NCBI GenBank assembly: GCA_013239625.1
Contig: MU053810.1
Coordinates: 4,558,071-4,622,070, forward strand
Length of the DNA stretch: 64,000 nucleotides
Source of the DNA: Lama guanicoe
Lineage: Eukaryota
Direction: 5' to 3'
The position numbers and the translations under genes were made by a program. The notes under the pieces were generated by a model that was given only the letters and a program-made list of their open reading frames with translations, was not told the origin of the DNA and made no database searches. Below, piece after piece: positions 25,871 to 40,700 of the stretch; the first letter of the stretch is position 1; every line of letters begins with the position of its first letter.

Positions 25871-27689
25871 TTGGTTATTTTCATTATGAAAGTACTTTTT
25901 TTTTCCTATTCACAGTGGTATTTCTCCTCTACATGATAATTTCTAAGACATGTTTTTTAAGAAACAAAAATTTAGGCCATCAATGGTGAGAGCCAACTTC
26001 TTTCCCCTGTTATTTGTATTCCTGTCTTTCCATGGGCTTTTTCAGTGAGCAGTTTTTTTATGTCTACTATAAAATAGGTTTGATGAAACAAATGCAAGAG
26101 AAAAAATCTTATTTGCCATCCAAGTCAGTAACAGGTACCTAAGATGTTGCTAAAGTTTAGAAACAATGTAGCCCATCAACAGGGATATATTGAGCTCTGA
26201 CTTGGCTAATGTGGTGTTAAGTTGCTATCAGGCAAGTCTCAACGCTCTTAAAGCTCCGTCCTGCTCGATGATTTCCCCATTTGAGAGACGGTAGGAAAAA
26301 TCATTACTGCACTGGTCACCTCTCAGCAAATCTGGCTGTGTCTGCCCAGCCCTCACATGTGTTGTCCTTATTTCTGAGATTTCTGCCTGAAACTTTCCCC
26401 CACTGTAAGTAGTTCAAGATCCTCACACATCACAGTGATGTCATCATTGGTTACAAACCCTTCAGCCGGTGATGAGTGAATGGGTCAGTTGGGTTGCTTT
26501 CACACCTGACTTATTTGTGGGACTGTCTCTGTTTGCCTGCCTTCAGATTCTGTCTTCTCACACTTTTCCCCAAGCTTTAATTCAGTAAGTAGAAGCTGAG
26601 ATATTGTTGTTTCCTAAATAACCCAAAGGAAAGATGCAGCATAATTTATAACCACTGTGATGGCTGCATCAACTCTGCATGCTCCTCTCCCTAATGGAAC
26701 TTTGAGGAAGAAGCGTCATTGAATAGAGCCTCCACTTCATTTTTGGATTTCACCAAACAAAGCCTAAGTCTGGTTATATGTTGTTTCTGTTTGTTTCACG
26801 TTGTTTGTTTCCCATTGGGTAGAGCACTAGCATGGGCTTCATCGGGATGTATTTTCATCTCACAGAGGCAGTAATTGAATCTCTGACAGTAGTCTTGCCT
26901 CCGAGGAGCGTTCTGACTTGGGCTGCTTTATTAAACCAGGGTAGTTCTTGGTTCCCTTGGAAGGTCATGTCCCGTCTGTTGACTGTGAGCGATGGCAGTG
27001 CAAAACTTGCAGAACTGTCAGAGCTGGGGAGCCGAAGCAGCTTCTTCCTCAAAAAGAGTCGTTCTGTGTTTGTGAAGGTGGCGCTTTGTGAAGGTGACTC
27101 CTCTCTCTGCAAATACCTGGGCGGGTTCAGCAAGGTGTGGGGGTGCATATTTGCTCTCTGACCTGGGAGGACAGATCTGCTGAGCCCGTTGAAGTTTGCA
27201 GCCAGATCCTGGCAAGTTAAAGCAGGCTGCACTGTGAGCCACTGCTCCCAGGACTCTGCAGTGTCGTGGATTCTGCTGGAAGCTGCCTTCAGGTGCTTCC
27301 CTGCTCCCGACTCAGCCCTGCTGAAGAATCTTCTGTGATGGCATTTGACAGCCATTTGACAACATTATTATAAACTCCTGTGGGTTTGAAGCAAATGCTA
27401 TTTTAACCTTTCTGGTACCCAAGTGTCGGCAGTCTTGGACTTGAGAGCATACCTGAGGGGCCCCATAAAATTTGGGATAGTGAAAAGTGAATGAAAGAAA
27501 GAAGGACTGAATACCTTAGAGCCTATTGACCCTTCCCAAGAAAAGTCAAGAACATGGATTTCAGTGCCATCATGGTAACAAGGTATAAAGGAAGACAAAC
27601 GTACAAAAGACGCGAGTTTGTCAGGAAAGAGTTAAAAAATTCTCAACACCTCCTACCGCCTCTACAAACACAGAGGCCAAGAGAAAATG

Positions 27690-27710
27690 CACACACACAC
27701 ACACACACAC
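27690..27710. repeat. (CA)10 microsatellite
   Basis: Seen directly. Confidence 0.9.
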
Positions 27711-29589
27711 TCACATTCCAGCAAAGAACCTGTTTTGCAAGTTTTGCTGGTAAAAAGAAGGAAGGGGGTTGCTGGGGAGTAGAGTGAAAAAGCCTTAGAA
27801 GTACCCATAGAAGGGTTTTCAAAACCTAAGTTTTCAACGTAACTTTATCCTGCAGAGAGAGGCACATGGACCACTGTAGGGTTTTCTTCGACCGATTAAG
27901 TGCATTGTTAGACAGGGAGGGGCAGATTAACGAATGCCTATAATTTTGATCATTGTTTTCTGCAAAACAGCTCAGGCTTTGAAAATGAAGCCATCGTTAT
28001 TGGCGAAGTTTCTGCCAACAGCACAAATTATACTGTGCAGAGATCCAAAGCCCCTCAAAAGGTTTCATTAATGAGCAATTTCAGACGATTGTTTAAGTCT
28101 TCACCCAACAGGTAACGTTGGCATGTAGGCAGGTGGGGTTTGGGTTTCCGTGGAGATTTATGATGTCACGCTTGAAAGAGCATGTCAAGACAGCCAATTT
28201 AACAAGTAGCTACTCAAAAAGTCCTATAGGCTGGAAGTAGCTTTTATGCAAATGACAAGAGTTTCACTGGGAAAAACTGCAAAAGAAAACAGTAGAGACA
28301 TGGAGGGGGGGTTTACCTGACAACTCCGAAGAATAACCCGGGAGTCCATTACAGACGAAAACTTCCAGAAGCCGAATTAGATTCTCCCCTTTAGCTGCCG
28401 CTTCACCTACAGGTACAGGTAAATACGGGTTTTTTTTTTCTTTCGAGTTATTGCCAAAAGTTATTTGGAAACATTGAGGTCTGTTTCTATGCATTGTTTT
28501 CTTGGCAGAAAACACTGAATCAAGAACCACAGCTTTCCCACACTGAGTATTCGTGCTTCAGGGCTGTTTTTTTCAGGGCTTTTTTATTGAATGAACTGAG
28601 ATTTTTGAATAGAGCTGAAAAGCAAGTGATGCTTTATGCATTATGCTGATTCTGCCCTGTGAATAATGTTGTAAAAATGCCTAGATAAGGGTTAGAAGGA
28701 CGATCTGAGAATTGAGAAACTATATGTATTTGTGGATTATTCCCAGATGTTGGTTTCTTTCTCTCTCTTTTTTTTCTTTAACTCTTAGAACAGATCTGAA
28801 ATTGGGATGGTGTGTATTTCTGTATTTTCGAGTTGCAGAATGCCAAAAATACAACCCGTGGAATGTTGCAGAAACAGTCAGGTTTACGAACGTTGCACTT
28901 TTTTTTCCTGCGTTTTTTTTCAGTGTGTCTGTATACTTTTCTCACAGAGGCATTTTACAAGACTAGAAAAATATCCTGTTTGAGATATCAGAGTTTCTGG
29001 ACTTAAGGAAGCAGGAATTGTACATTCTAAGAGGACAGATAAAGGCTTCTAGGGTGGGGGTAATGGTTGATAAAAGTCATTTTTAAAGCGTGCTTTAAGA
29101 AGGAAAGCTCACTTTGGTGGTACGAGGTTTTCTGTTTGCCTCAGTCACTAGCAAGACTGAGTAAACAGTCTTGCCAGCGTTATGGGTGTGATAACCATCA
29201 CTGGAGGTAGCTGTGTATCTGCGAAGTTGACTTAAAGGGGTTAGTTTGGGGCCATCAGGCTGCGATGTGAGTAGTTAGGTCCACCAAGCTTAAAAAGCGA
29301 AAATCATATCTTGTCACTTTCATACGCTGCATAAGGTGTAAACAGAGCTAAGAATAATTTAAAGATACCTGTGTAATGAGAACTTGGGCGTTTGAAACCA
29401 AAACTGTTTAGGAACAAAGTGGACAGGATTTCAGATATTTTAAAAACTGACTAATGTGTGAGAAAGAGAGCCTCCTGAAATTTGGCCGTCAGATAATGCG
29501 GATTAGCACCAGAACTGATACTCATATTAAATCATTAGGTTACCGCAGTTACTGCAGAAAAGTCGAGGGGCAGAAACTATGCCCCTAAC

Positions 29590-29930
29590 ATTAGAATGCC
29601 TGAGTGTTGAATCCTAGCTTCACTGTTTCCTTCCTGGGTAACCTTAGGAGAGTAAATTCATGTCCTGAAGCCTCAGTTTTCTCCTCCATTCATGAGATGG
29701 GAGTGATAATAGTGGCATCGTGAGGATTAAATGACAAAATATACATAGCGCAGTTCTCGGACTTCAGTTCCATGTGTTAGCGATTGTTTTTGTTTACTCC
29801 TCATTGGTACTGGGCTGTTTGTAAAGTGTTTTCACACCTTTTACTTCATCTTATCATTGCAACAGCCCAGTGAGATTAGCAGAATCTTTTAATTCCCACT
29901 TTACAGATGAAGAAACTGTGGCTCAGAGAG
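29590..29930. mobile_element. Two adjacent MIR fragments in opposite orientation
   Basis: Plus copy: gcctcagttttctc...gtgaggattaaatga. Minus copy: cccactttacagatgaagaaactgtggctcagagag. Confidence 0.7.
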
Positions 29931-30922
29931 CTGCTGAAATATACAACACAATAAGCTGTCCTCCATTTCCTACTATTTTTTTTCTCCTTTTAGGAATCCA
30001 GGGGAAAAAAATTAATGTATTTCTGAAATAACTCCCAGCGGCAACTGTTATTTCTCTAAAGTAATTAAAACACAAAACTGTTAAGTATGTCAGAGGAGCT
30101 AGGGTATTCGTGTTTTTACATTAATTATATTTGTGACACTTTTTCTAGAGAGACGAGAGAAGTGATACTAATTTTTTTTTACTGGCACCTACTGATAGGA
30201 CACTATCATTTCCCAGGCTTGCAGTTTTAACTCTGAACTCACTGCGATGTTTCTGAGCCCTGCAGGAAGAGTCAAGGAGTCAGGTTTTACTGTTACCTGA
30301 GCAGGAAACCAAGACACCAAGAGGCTGTGGGAATGGCCACAGGGGGCGAGGGCTTAGACACGCTGTCTGTTCTCCTTTGTATTCTCGACTTTGACACCTC
30401 CCTTCATTGTCCACTTCTCAGGCTGAAACAGCTCATAATTATATTCTCCATCCATTGTATGTCAGGGGCAAGTATGCTTTTCATTGTGTTATTTTTAATA
30501 ACACAGGGGCTTCCAGCCAGAGAAAACACTCCGTTAGTTCCAGGGTTTTCCTAATGGCTTGTCCAACTTTTCCAAGTGGTCCACAGCAGACTGCCCAGAA
30601 TTATTGAGGTTCCACACCCCTGAAAGAAGGCTCTTAGCAGGAGTGTTGGGCAGACTCCGAGTGGGATGCTAAAGGCGTTCTGATCTCTGAGCTGCTGAGG
30701 GGGAACTCATTCTGTCCCAGATAATTAGTTCAATGTGGTCATCTGACGGCATCAGCTGGGTGGTGGGCTCTGGTGCACGGCGCTGGTTTGGGACTCTGGG
30801 AAGAGCACTGGTTATCTCAAGGGCAGATCTCTGAGTCTGAAAGCTAAGATTGATTTCATTCAAAGTTTCAATTCCAAGTATGAACCACCCTGCTACAAGT
30901 TTAAAGTAGAAATGAGTCATGG

Positions 30923-31681
<759 letters not shown>

Positions 31682-32956
31682 TGAGTCTGAATTTTGGCCA
31701 TTTGGTATTTCAGGGTGAAGTTTCTTTGTAAGTTGTTCTGATACAGCTTGCTTTCTCGTAAACTTCCCGATGTATGCATTTAACTTGTAGCTTGATGAGA
31801 GAAAATATGGGGGAGAAGGATTTTGTGTTTTTCTGGAAGGTAGGCAGGATTCTGAAGTTACCAAATCTGCCCTCCCCTGTAGGACCAAAACAAGTCCTCC
31901 TGGGTTTATGTGGACGGTTGTGTGACATCCGGGCAACTGGAGGCCTTGGGACCGTGGACCACGGTGGAAAGGATGGAATTCCAAACACCCTTGGGAGGGA
32001 GGGACAAAGGATGGAGACTGCTTTTGCATCCAGACTTCCGGACAGCAGGAAGAATTTTGAACTACTCCTTTGTTTGAAAGCCAAGAGGAAATACAAACTA
32101 TTACACAGTTGTGGAAATACTTCTCTGGAGATCTTATGGAAAGGAGCATACAGCTGATTGTATATGATGACACGGGCACAGTCTGTCCAGGGTCAAGGCA
32201 GGTGACAGCTTTTGTGGCCCCGTCCGGACCTGGGATTTTATACTGTAGTTTCAACTCACATGTGATGCCCTTAACTTCCACTCCTGCTCATTTGCTCAAG
32301 ATTAAAGCAACAGAAGTGATGATGGGTTTCCCACTAGCATTTTTACTAGGGCTCCCAAATGCAGGTGATCACGGTGGTTCCTAGAAACCTGATGGTGGGA
32401 CTGTCCTTGTAGCTGTGGGTCCTCCCTGCCTGTTTGCCCTGCTTTGGGATCTGCTCAGATGGCATAACGACTGAGAGGGGTTTTTACTGGTCAATAGTGC
32501 ACACTGTCAACTTATCGAAAGGGGCTTTCTTTGACCTTCCTTCTTGCCACTTGGAAGGAAAGTGGCCTGTTGCCTCACAGACTTGTTAGAATGGCTGAGA
32601 AAGCAGATTCAGATGGACCTGTGGTCATTTGCAGTCTTTGACATTAAGAATGTTTGTAAACACTACTCCGAACGTCACGTGAACATCCAGTCGCATTTTC
32701 ACAGAAGTCATTAGTCAGGTGAACGTGCCACCATCATGCAGCCTGCTGCAGCCAAGGGACCCTTTTTTTTGGTTGTTTATTTGTTTGTTTTAATCTTCTA
32801 TTTGAATTCTGTGCAAGGAAATGTTGCATGGACTCCCTGTGCCTTTAACTGTAACTTTACTTGAATCCTTTCTCAGGGTAAGTTTTAAGACTATGAAAGA
32901 TAGCAACTCCAGCCAATTGACTCATAAAGGACCATTTTCAATTTTGTCTTTGGGGA

Positions 32957-32980
32957 GTGTGTGTGTGTGTGTGTGTGTGT
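32957..32980. repeat. (GT)12 microsatellite
   Basis: Seen directly. Confidence 0.9.
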
Positions 32981-35900
32981 CTACAATGGTGAGAAGTGCA
33001 CAAACTGATTTAGAGCTATTCTCTCTTCAGAACAATTAAAGTAGTGACCCCCATAATATATTAACTTGACCCCTTTTAATTGCTGTTTCAATTGCTTCTG
33101 TTTTCTCTCCCTGTTATGAATTCACTGCAGCGACCTTCTGTGTAGTGGTGCATGTGTGAGCAAATCCGAAACACAAATCCCTAGATGTCAAATTATTGGT
33201 CTTCTACTGTTAGTTCACAAGCATTACTGGTATTGATCAGTAATTGATTACTAATACCAATTTACTCTGTTGATAGGAATATGGTAGTATGTTACTGTCC
33301 ATTCAGATGAGCCAGTTCTCCGCAGTCGTGACAGCGTATGAAATAGTCTGTATCACAGGGGCAGACACATAACCCAGCTGTGTTAAATGAGCAGTGCTAT
33401 TCATGGAGTAGTGGAGATCCTGCGATCCATTTATTTTTAAAAGGCTGGATCCCATTTGTATGAAGAAGCATATCCATCTTCTGTGTGCTTATCCATCCGT
33501 TAAAAATTTCTAGAAAGATGCCAAATAAATCAGAAAGAGGGACAAGTGGCTAGTGAGGACAGAAGCTTTTATTTTTGACTTCTTCACATCTCTACAATTT
33601 ATAGTTTTATCACATGCAGAAGACGTCCCTGGAGTATGGCCTGTGTTCTTGCAGAGAGGCCAGCCGTTCCCAGGTAGCCTGGGAAAGTGACTTTCTCCAT
33701 CTTGACTTTCTTGTCTTTTGAGATGGAGAAGGATCTGCGCTCTGAGTGAGTCGTCCCTTGAAGAAGGAAGTGATCTTCCCCTTCTCCTTTGTTGGAGCAG
33801 TGACTGCTGATGACATCAGTGGTTTCACTCCCTCCAGAATCTGCCCTAAACCTTTCATTCTGATCACGATCCCAAAATACTAAATAAATGCTGTTTCGGG
33901 TTCTGAGCCTTAGGTGTTTGGATTAAATATGCTTAAGCTGCCTGAACTTGTCACCAAAAGCACTAAATCCACCTACCCCTGGTCACGTCATCCTCTGACC
34001 CATCGTGTAAAACATTCACTTCACGGTCTCGTGAAAATACAACCAAACGTCACCCCTTACCAGTTTCAGGGGGTCCGTTTGCGGTAAAGGGTACTTAGGT
34101 TTTTATGTTGAGTCTGTAACTCTAGAACTCTGATTCAGTCTCCTTGATGGAAAAAAAAAAGCCCTATTTTTATATACAGAATATCTCTATTTGAGAAGAC
34201 TTTTCTTTTACAACAGGACAAATTGAGAACAGAAGGCATCCTGTCGGAGGTGCCTTCTAAAAGAAAGAAAACAACATTTTTTTAATGTTCCCAAATCACT
34301 GAAGAAAGCTTTAGACATGATTTTAAACTCCAGCTTCTTTTTAATTCAGATGGCCAGGATTCATTAAAACTGCAAGTGATGAAACCGTTCCTTTCACACA
34401 AATCAGTACGTATCTCCACTGCAATTAGATTTTCTTCATTTCTCCTTCTCAGAAGCTGCTTTCGAAACATCACATTCTTTCCCAGACATACTCTTTTTTT
34501 TTTAACTTCATAAAATATCATGGTTCTGCAGCTAGCTGCAAATATTTGCAAAAAGAAATCTATATAAAATAAATGCCCCTTAATGTGGTATTTTGTAAAT
34601 AAGCGTATGTCTGGCATTTGTCAGTTAACCTAAGAAATAATGAGGAATAACTATGCTTAGAGAAAAAAAGGGTAGGATGGTGGCTGTGATGTGCAAAACA
34701 AGGCAAGCTATAATTTAAGCAATTGCATTAAAGAGAAGGTAATTACTGTAGCCTCGGGGTGGTGGCAGGTCACTTTTAAGCCTAATTGAACTTTTTCTGT
34801 ATCATTAAAAAAAATGGACCAAACTTTGGGATCATGGGGTAAATACAATGTTTTCTTTCTCCAAATTTTAAATACCACTGGCTTTTTAAGATACATAAAA
34901 ATCTCAAATGCCAACACAATACAATAAAAAAAAATTTCCCTGTATGCAGTCAAACCACGGCAAATAAGTCCATTCTGATGGCCACAGTTATTATGTATTA
35001 TATGTGGAAACTTTCACACAAGTTATAATCCTCTAAAAAACCCTATGAACCTGTGTAGAAACATACATCTGAGTAAGGAAACCAAGGCTCAGAAGAATCT
35101 AGAGTTGAGTCATTAGGCAACAGAGCTGGGATTTGAACCCAATGGCTCTGATGCAAACCTGCGGCATTTTCCTGGGCTCCCTAAGAGGTTCTCTGTGAGA
35201 AATGGTTTTCCTTGTACGGGATGTCCAGGCAGTACAGTCACACGGGGAGGGATTTACACCCATAGCTTCACATTCTCTTTCCCACCTCCTACCTTTTTTG
35301 CCATTTCAACATTACGACAAAGGGTGGACTTTGAGGAACCCGAGGGGTTGGAACGGTGATCCGTTTTGCTGCTTATTGGCAGTTTTTCTGAAGTCCAGCC
35401 TGGAGCAGGCTCGTCAGGAAAGCACTCAAGAAGCAACCATCCTCCCGGCATTATAGGGAGAAGCTTCATCTGTCCATCAAATTCCTTCCTTTAGAAACCT
35501 GTGCCCCTGTGAACATACCTTTAGAATTCACCCCAGAGAGAGGAAAATACCTGGTGGTTCATAGAAATGAAAATTCACAAGACGGTGTGGCTCATGTCTT
35601 TTGCACAGTAACCCCCAAACACGCACCGTCCCCTTCAAAATCCTTCTCCGTGTGATTGCAAAAGTTCTCACTGGCATTGAAGGGATGAATTGTGCAACTT
35701 TGACAGGTCCCTTCCTGGTGCAGGCAGAATAAGTGTGGGTCAGAGGCACAGGCCTGGGGCCAGATTCTCCAGACAGGCCTGCACAATGGTTTCTACAAAT
35801 TTTGATAAGCCACCAAAACTCAGCAGAATTAGGAGTTTTATATATGAATCACATATCTTACATTAAGAGGGGGGAAAAAAGATGATCAGTGAACACGGGG

Positions 35901-37711
35901 CTCTGATTCCTTTGTTATAATTTCTACTAGAGCTACATTGCAACCATTAAGATGAGGTGGGATACAGATTCATAGGGTCATGACAGCCCCCGACTTTCCA
36001 TCCTACACCTGTCTCCCTTACCTGCCTGACTCCCGTCGGGGAGAGCCCTCATTTTTGGTTTATGTAGGTTTGCTCCATGCAACACTTGCTGCTGGGAAGT
36101 GGGAGGAACCTGGCCCTTGTTGTTGGACAGACTTAGGCTGGGGAACTGGTTTCCCAGTTACTGTTGGTGTGGTCTTGGGTGAGACCCTTGAGCTGAGGAA
36201 GCTTCCATTTTGCTTCTGTAGAGAAGGGCTAAGACGTCTTACCCAGCCGGGTGGTTTGCAGATCAGAGACCTAAGTGTGAGAAGTACTTAACCCAGTACC
36301 CAGCATGTAGGGATGCTCGATTCATGGAGGCAACATCATGGAGACAATCTCACACAACATTTTGTACGAAAGGGTCAGTGTCTACCAGCCAAAGTCTCAG
36401 ATACAGGTTGTTCAAGGTGGGAGGGAGATTAGAGCTGCTTCAGAGAACACCCTGGTTGATGGAGAAGGACTTGGAAGCTGCGAGATGACTGGTCTGAGAT
36501 AACTGTTATTTCATGGCAGACAAATCCAGGGCCAGTGACTTCCCGCCTAACCACAAAAAGGCCTTGGAGTCTGGTTTTGAGGATTAAGTGTGTGAAAGTG
36601 CTTCTTGAATTGTTAAGTGTGAGAATAAGGTAATTTTGATTAACATGAAGATGATACAGTGACACAGGATCAGCAGATTTAGAAAGAATGAACTGTCATT
36701 CATTCATTCATTCATCAGCGTGGATTGAGTCTCTAGGCTGGACAGGTCCTGTGCCAGGCGCCTCTGCCTGGCACAGGCAGGGCTTGGAGTCTCAGTGGGG
36801 TGGGGTGGGAGGGGCAGAGGAGAAAACAGATGCAGGGATGGCCTCAGATGGAGAAAGTTCCAGGAGAGAAATAAAGCGGATTGTGTGAGGAGGAGCCCGG
36901 CTCGCAAACAGCGGGACCAGGCATGGAAGAGGAGCAGTTAGTGTAGGGGGCCCCAAGGCACGAAGGGCCTGTCTGTTTGAAGATCCAGGAGACTTGGGAG
37001 AGGTGGCCAGAGGCTTAATAAGCCACAACACGGAGTTTGAACTTTATTCTTAGTGTGGTGCAAATGGTTCTGGGAGAGTATCGAATATTTTCAGCTTTGG
37101 TCAAATGCTGTTTCATGCATAAGTCCCTTTGGTGGGAGGAAATGTTTAACTATACCATCCTCCCCTCCTTCCATCTCTGAGAGGGTCTCCAAAGGGGCTC
37201 TTTGGCTCTACAGGGCCCCTCATAATGCATCACAGAGACCCCAGTGCAGGCAGGTTACAGAATCCCAAAGGTCTGTGACTTGCCCACCCAGGATCCCTCT
37301 GCCTGGTGTCCAGAAACACAAGCCCATGTTCTTGTCATTAACCCAAAGGCCGATAGCTGGGACTTCTGTTCTTTTTTGTTTGTATTTTTCCAAATTCTCA
37401 GCACTTCCATCTGCTCTCATGTACTATGTTCGCTCTCAGGTCACTAAAATGTTTCCCCTCAACCACAGAAAAAGGTGTAAGTCGACACAGTCCTGTCTGA
37501 AACGGGATACGTGTGTCATGCGTCCCTGAGTTTGGGTTTTTCCAAGGATATCATGATACATCATACCTTTGGCTTTTCATCTGCTCTCAACTGAAAAAAA
37601 GAAATCGTTAGCTTACATTTCAGTCCTACTCGGCGTTTTTGTTTTGTGCTAGTTGATTTGAAGTAAGATATTTGAGGTCAACAGTGGAAAGCACCACGTC
37701 CCACGGGGGGC

Positions 37712-37725
37712 CCACCAGATGGCAC
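37712..37725 (+). promoter_or_regulatory. Candidate CTCF motif
   Basis: CCACCAGATGGCAC fits the core consensus CCASYAGRKGGCRS at all positions. Motif match only. Confidence 0.45.
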
Positions 37726-40700
37726 CCAGAGAAGGCTGGCTGCACCATGCAGTGTAGATAGTGTGAGTCCCGCTAACACCTTTGATGCTGGGCATTGTCT
37801 GCTTTGGTTTTGTCAGTAAAAATGATGAAAATGTTGGAAAGGTGAATAGGTAGCATTCATTGCCCTCACTTTACAGGTAAGGAAACAGGCTTAGGGAAGT
37901 GACATGAATTAGGTTAACCCCACACTTTGTGGGATCCAGGATTCTAACTCTGAGTGACCTCTGCACACCGGCTGTGGAAACGACATTCCGAGAATGGTCA
38001 GATGAACAGGGAGCACGTAGCACAGGTCCTGCCACCAGGAAATTGGGGGTTTGTCCTTCGGGTGGTTCTCGAGCCTTTGAATGTTGTGGCCTCCCCACTT
38101 CTTGATTCTGTTCTAGAAGTTCTGGCCTGGTGGGTTTTGAAGTATATCCACCATGACTGCCCTGCCTTTGAGGATGAAGCGATTTGACCAGTGATGCGAG
38201 ACTGTTGGCTGTTTGTGATGTGGCTCGTGACGGTAGAGACATGATGCATAGATTTCAGTATGAACTAAGTAAAGATCTGTCTGTTTCTAGTCTGAAATTT
38301 CACCTGAATGTGAACTACCCAATGGCGCTGATGAAATTTAGATGACCCCTGCACACTCCGATCGCCTCAAATTTTCTTTAATGAGTGGTGGGCGGGCGGA
38401 GCCCACTTGGCCAAGGGAAACATATGGAAGAGAGGCACAATCTTGCTGTCCTTTTTGGTGTCCACATCCGGATTTACCTAAACCCCACCCCTGGTGCCTT
38501 TGCGTAGCTGTGAAAAACCGGTATTTTCTATCCGTGATTCACATTCCAAATCCTAGGCTTCCGTCTGTCAGGGGTGGGTCAGAACAGCTTCTGGGAAGGA
38601 TGGGCCCGGCTGGAGGCCAGCAGAGTGTGGACGGGGAGGGCCCTGCCGCCCGAGGTCCGGGGAGGTGACCGCTGCACTCCGCTTTCGGAGCTGGACATGG
38701 AGCCAGCTTTGCACCCACCCGTGAAAAGGCCAACCAAGGAAGGTGGCTTCTTGAGTTTCTGCTGTTGGGGGCCCTGCTGTGCAGCAGACAAGAGCAAGGT
38801 ACCGAAGTGGCCTGATTCTGGGGGTGGCTGTCCCTCCCTAGGGGTCCCCCTCTGCTGTGTCATGCACTCCTGGCGGCCGGGGCGGCTCACCTGGGTCTGG
38901 GCTCTTCCTGGCCACTCATTGCTGGGGGAGGGCCAGCGAGGGTCGTGGTCACTGCGGTTTCTTTGAAGTTAAATTGTGCTTCGGTGCAGAGGACGATGCT
39001 CACAGCAGTTAAAGTTTGTTTAATGATAATTAAGTTGCTTTTCTTTATTCTGAAAAATCTCTTCATTTTCTGTACAAAGGCAGGAGGCATTTTTCTGTGA
39101 TTATAGAGAATGTCTCCAGGTAAGATGTAATCTGTCGACCCAGTCGGGGCTCTGAAATAATGAGGCAGTGGGATCCTGATTTGGAAATGCCACCAAGATT
39201 AGCAAACCAAGTGTTTCTGGTTAAGAATTTTCTCAGAAACCTAAAAGGGTGCTTTTTCCTCCTTCCTCCTCCCTCTTTGGTTCAGAGCGGCTAACTTTGG
39301 TTAGGAATCTCTTAAGACATGCATGGCTGCTTCAAAACCGGTCTGGATCACCTTTTCAAAGCCTGGAGGAGGTTTGGCATGTCCCATCTTGTTCCTTCCT
39401 GACTTAATCCCTACTCACAGGCAGTGCTGCGCTACCCAGGAGCCCACGGAGCTGGGAGAGGAGAAGCCTCGACTCTTCCCAGGCTTTGAGAAGTTGACTG
39501 GCTCTCTTCCCAGGAGGAAAATGCTTTTAGGCAGAGCAGGCCACCAAGAGATCTTGGCTGAAGCTTGTGTTGGAAAAAAAAAAAGAAGAAAGAAAGAGAG
39601 AAAGAAAGAAAAATTTCAAGAATGAAAAGTCCTAAACCAGGAATTCATTTGATGAGTCTGTCTCACGTGCCTAACTTCTCACTGCCAGAATTAAGGTGTC
39701 CTGAAAAGAAACCTTAGGAAATGTGTCATGGTTACCAAGTTTGATGCAGGGATAGGATGGAGGGGAAAAAAAGAATTTTCGTGAAGGAACTGAACCAACT
39801 GGTTTTCAAAACCTGAGTTTTAAGTTTTAATAGAAATGTTGGATAATACGAGGATTTGTCATATGTATGCGTGTGTGTTCTGCTGTGTGTTGTAGCAGTG
39901 GGACATTTTGGTTCAGACTTCTGTCACCCTCTCAGTCTGAGAAGTTGATTCCCTGACCCACTGTGCCTTGTTCTGACGTCTTTGTGCCAAGCTGATACCA
40001 AGCTGGCAGCGGAAGGGCTGAGGGTCAAGGTATGGGATGTTGGGTCAGCAGGGAATAATTACAGAATAGGTCACGCAAGGTCGTGGGCAGGAGAAAGAAG
40101 ATGCTAGTCGCTGACACAGAGAAGAGGGAAAGGCTCGGACCAAGGACTGTGAAGCATGGACTGGGCAGAGCAAAGGCGGTGGAGTACGTATAAATGGATT
40201 TAACCAAGGTGGTCAGGAAAAACACTTACCAAAGAGGGTGTGAGTGGAGTGAGGTCAGGAAATGCACAGTCATGGTGTTGGTGGCAATGGTAGGAAGTGT
40301 GATGATGGAGTTCTGTCCCCTTCCAGAATAGAGGATTTAAGAGCATCCTGTTTTAGAGAGGATCCTTCTGTTTCTACCTGATTTTCTAATGGCTTTTAAG
40401 ACTAGGGCCTATCAGGAAAGGCAAAGGAAGCTATCATTTCTTAGAGGAGGAGCTGACCAGAAGCACCGGATGTATTACTTGAGGGAGGATGGAGGGGCCC
40501 GAGAGGGGAGGGGGCCTTGGGTCCACACTCTGAATTCCCCAAGACGATCAGATCCTGGATCCAGCGGACCCCTGACTCCCTCACACAGTTCTAAGACCCT
40601 TGTTGGGTTCCCACCTAGTTAAGTCCTCTTAGTCTTGATCTGAGAGTCAGACTAACTCAGAGAATCAGAGAACACAGGAGCTGAAAAATATAGCCAAGCC

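Noticed and set aside
29151..29174. 9-bp perfect hairpin GCAAGACTG-N6-CAGTCTTGC
   Set aside because: A stem this short is expected by chance in 64 kb.
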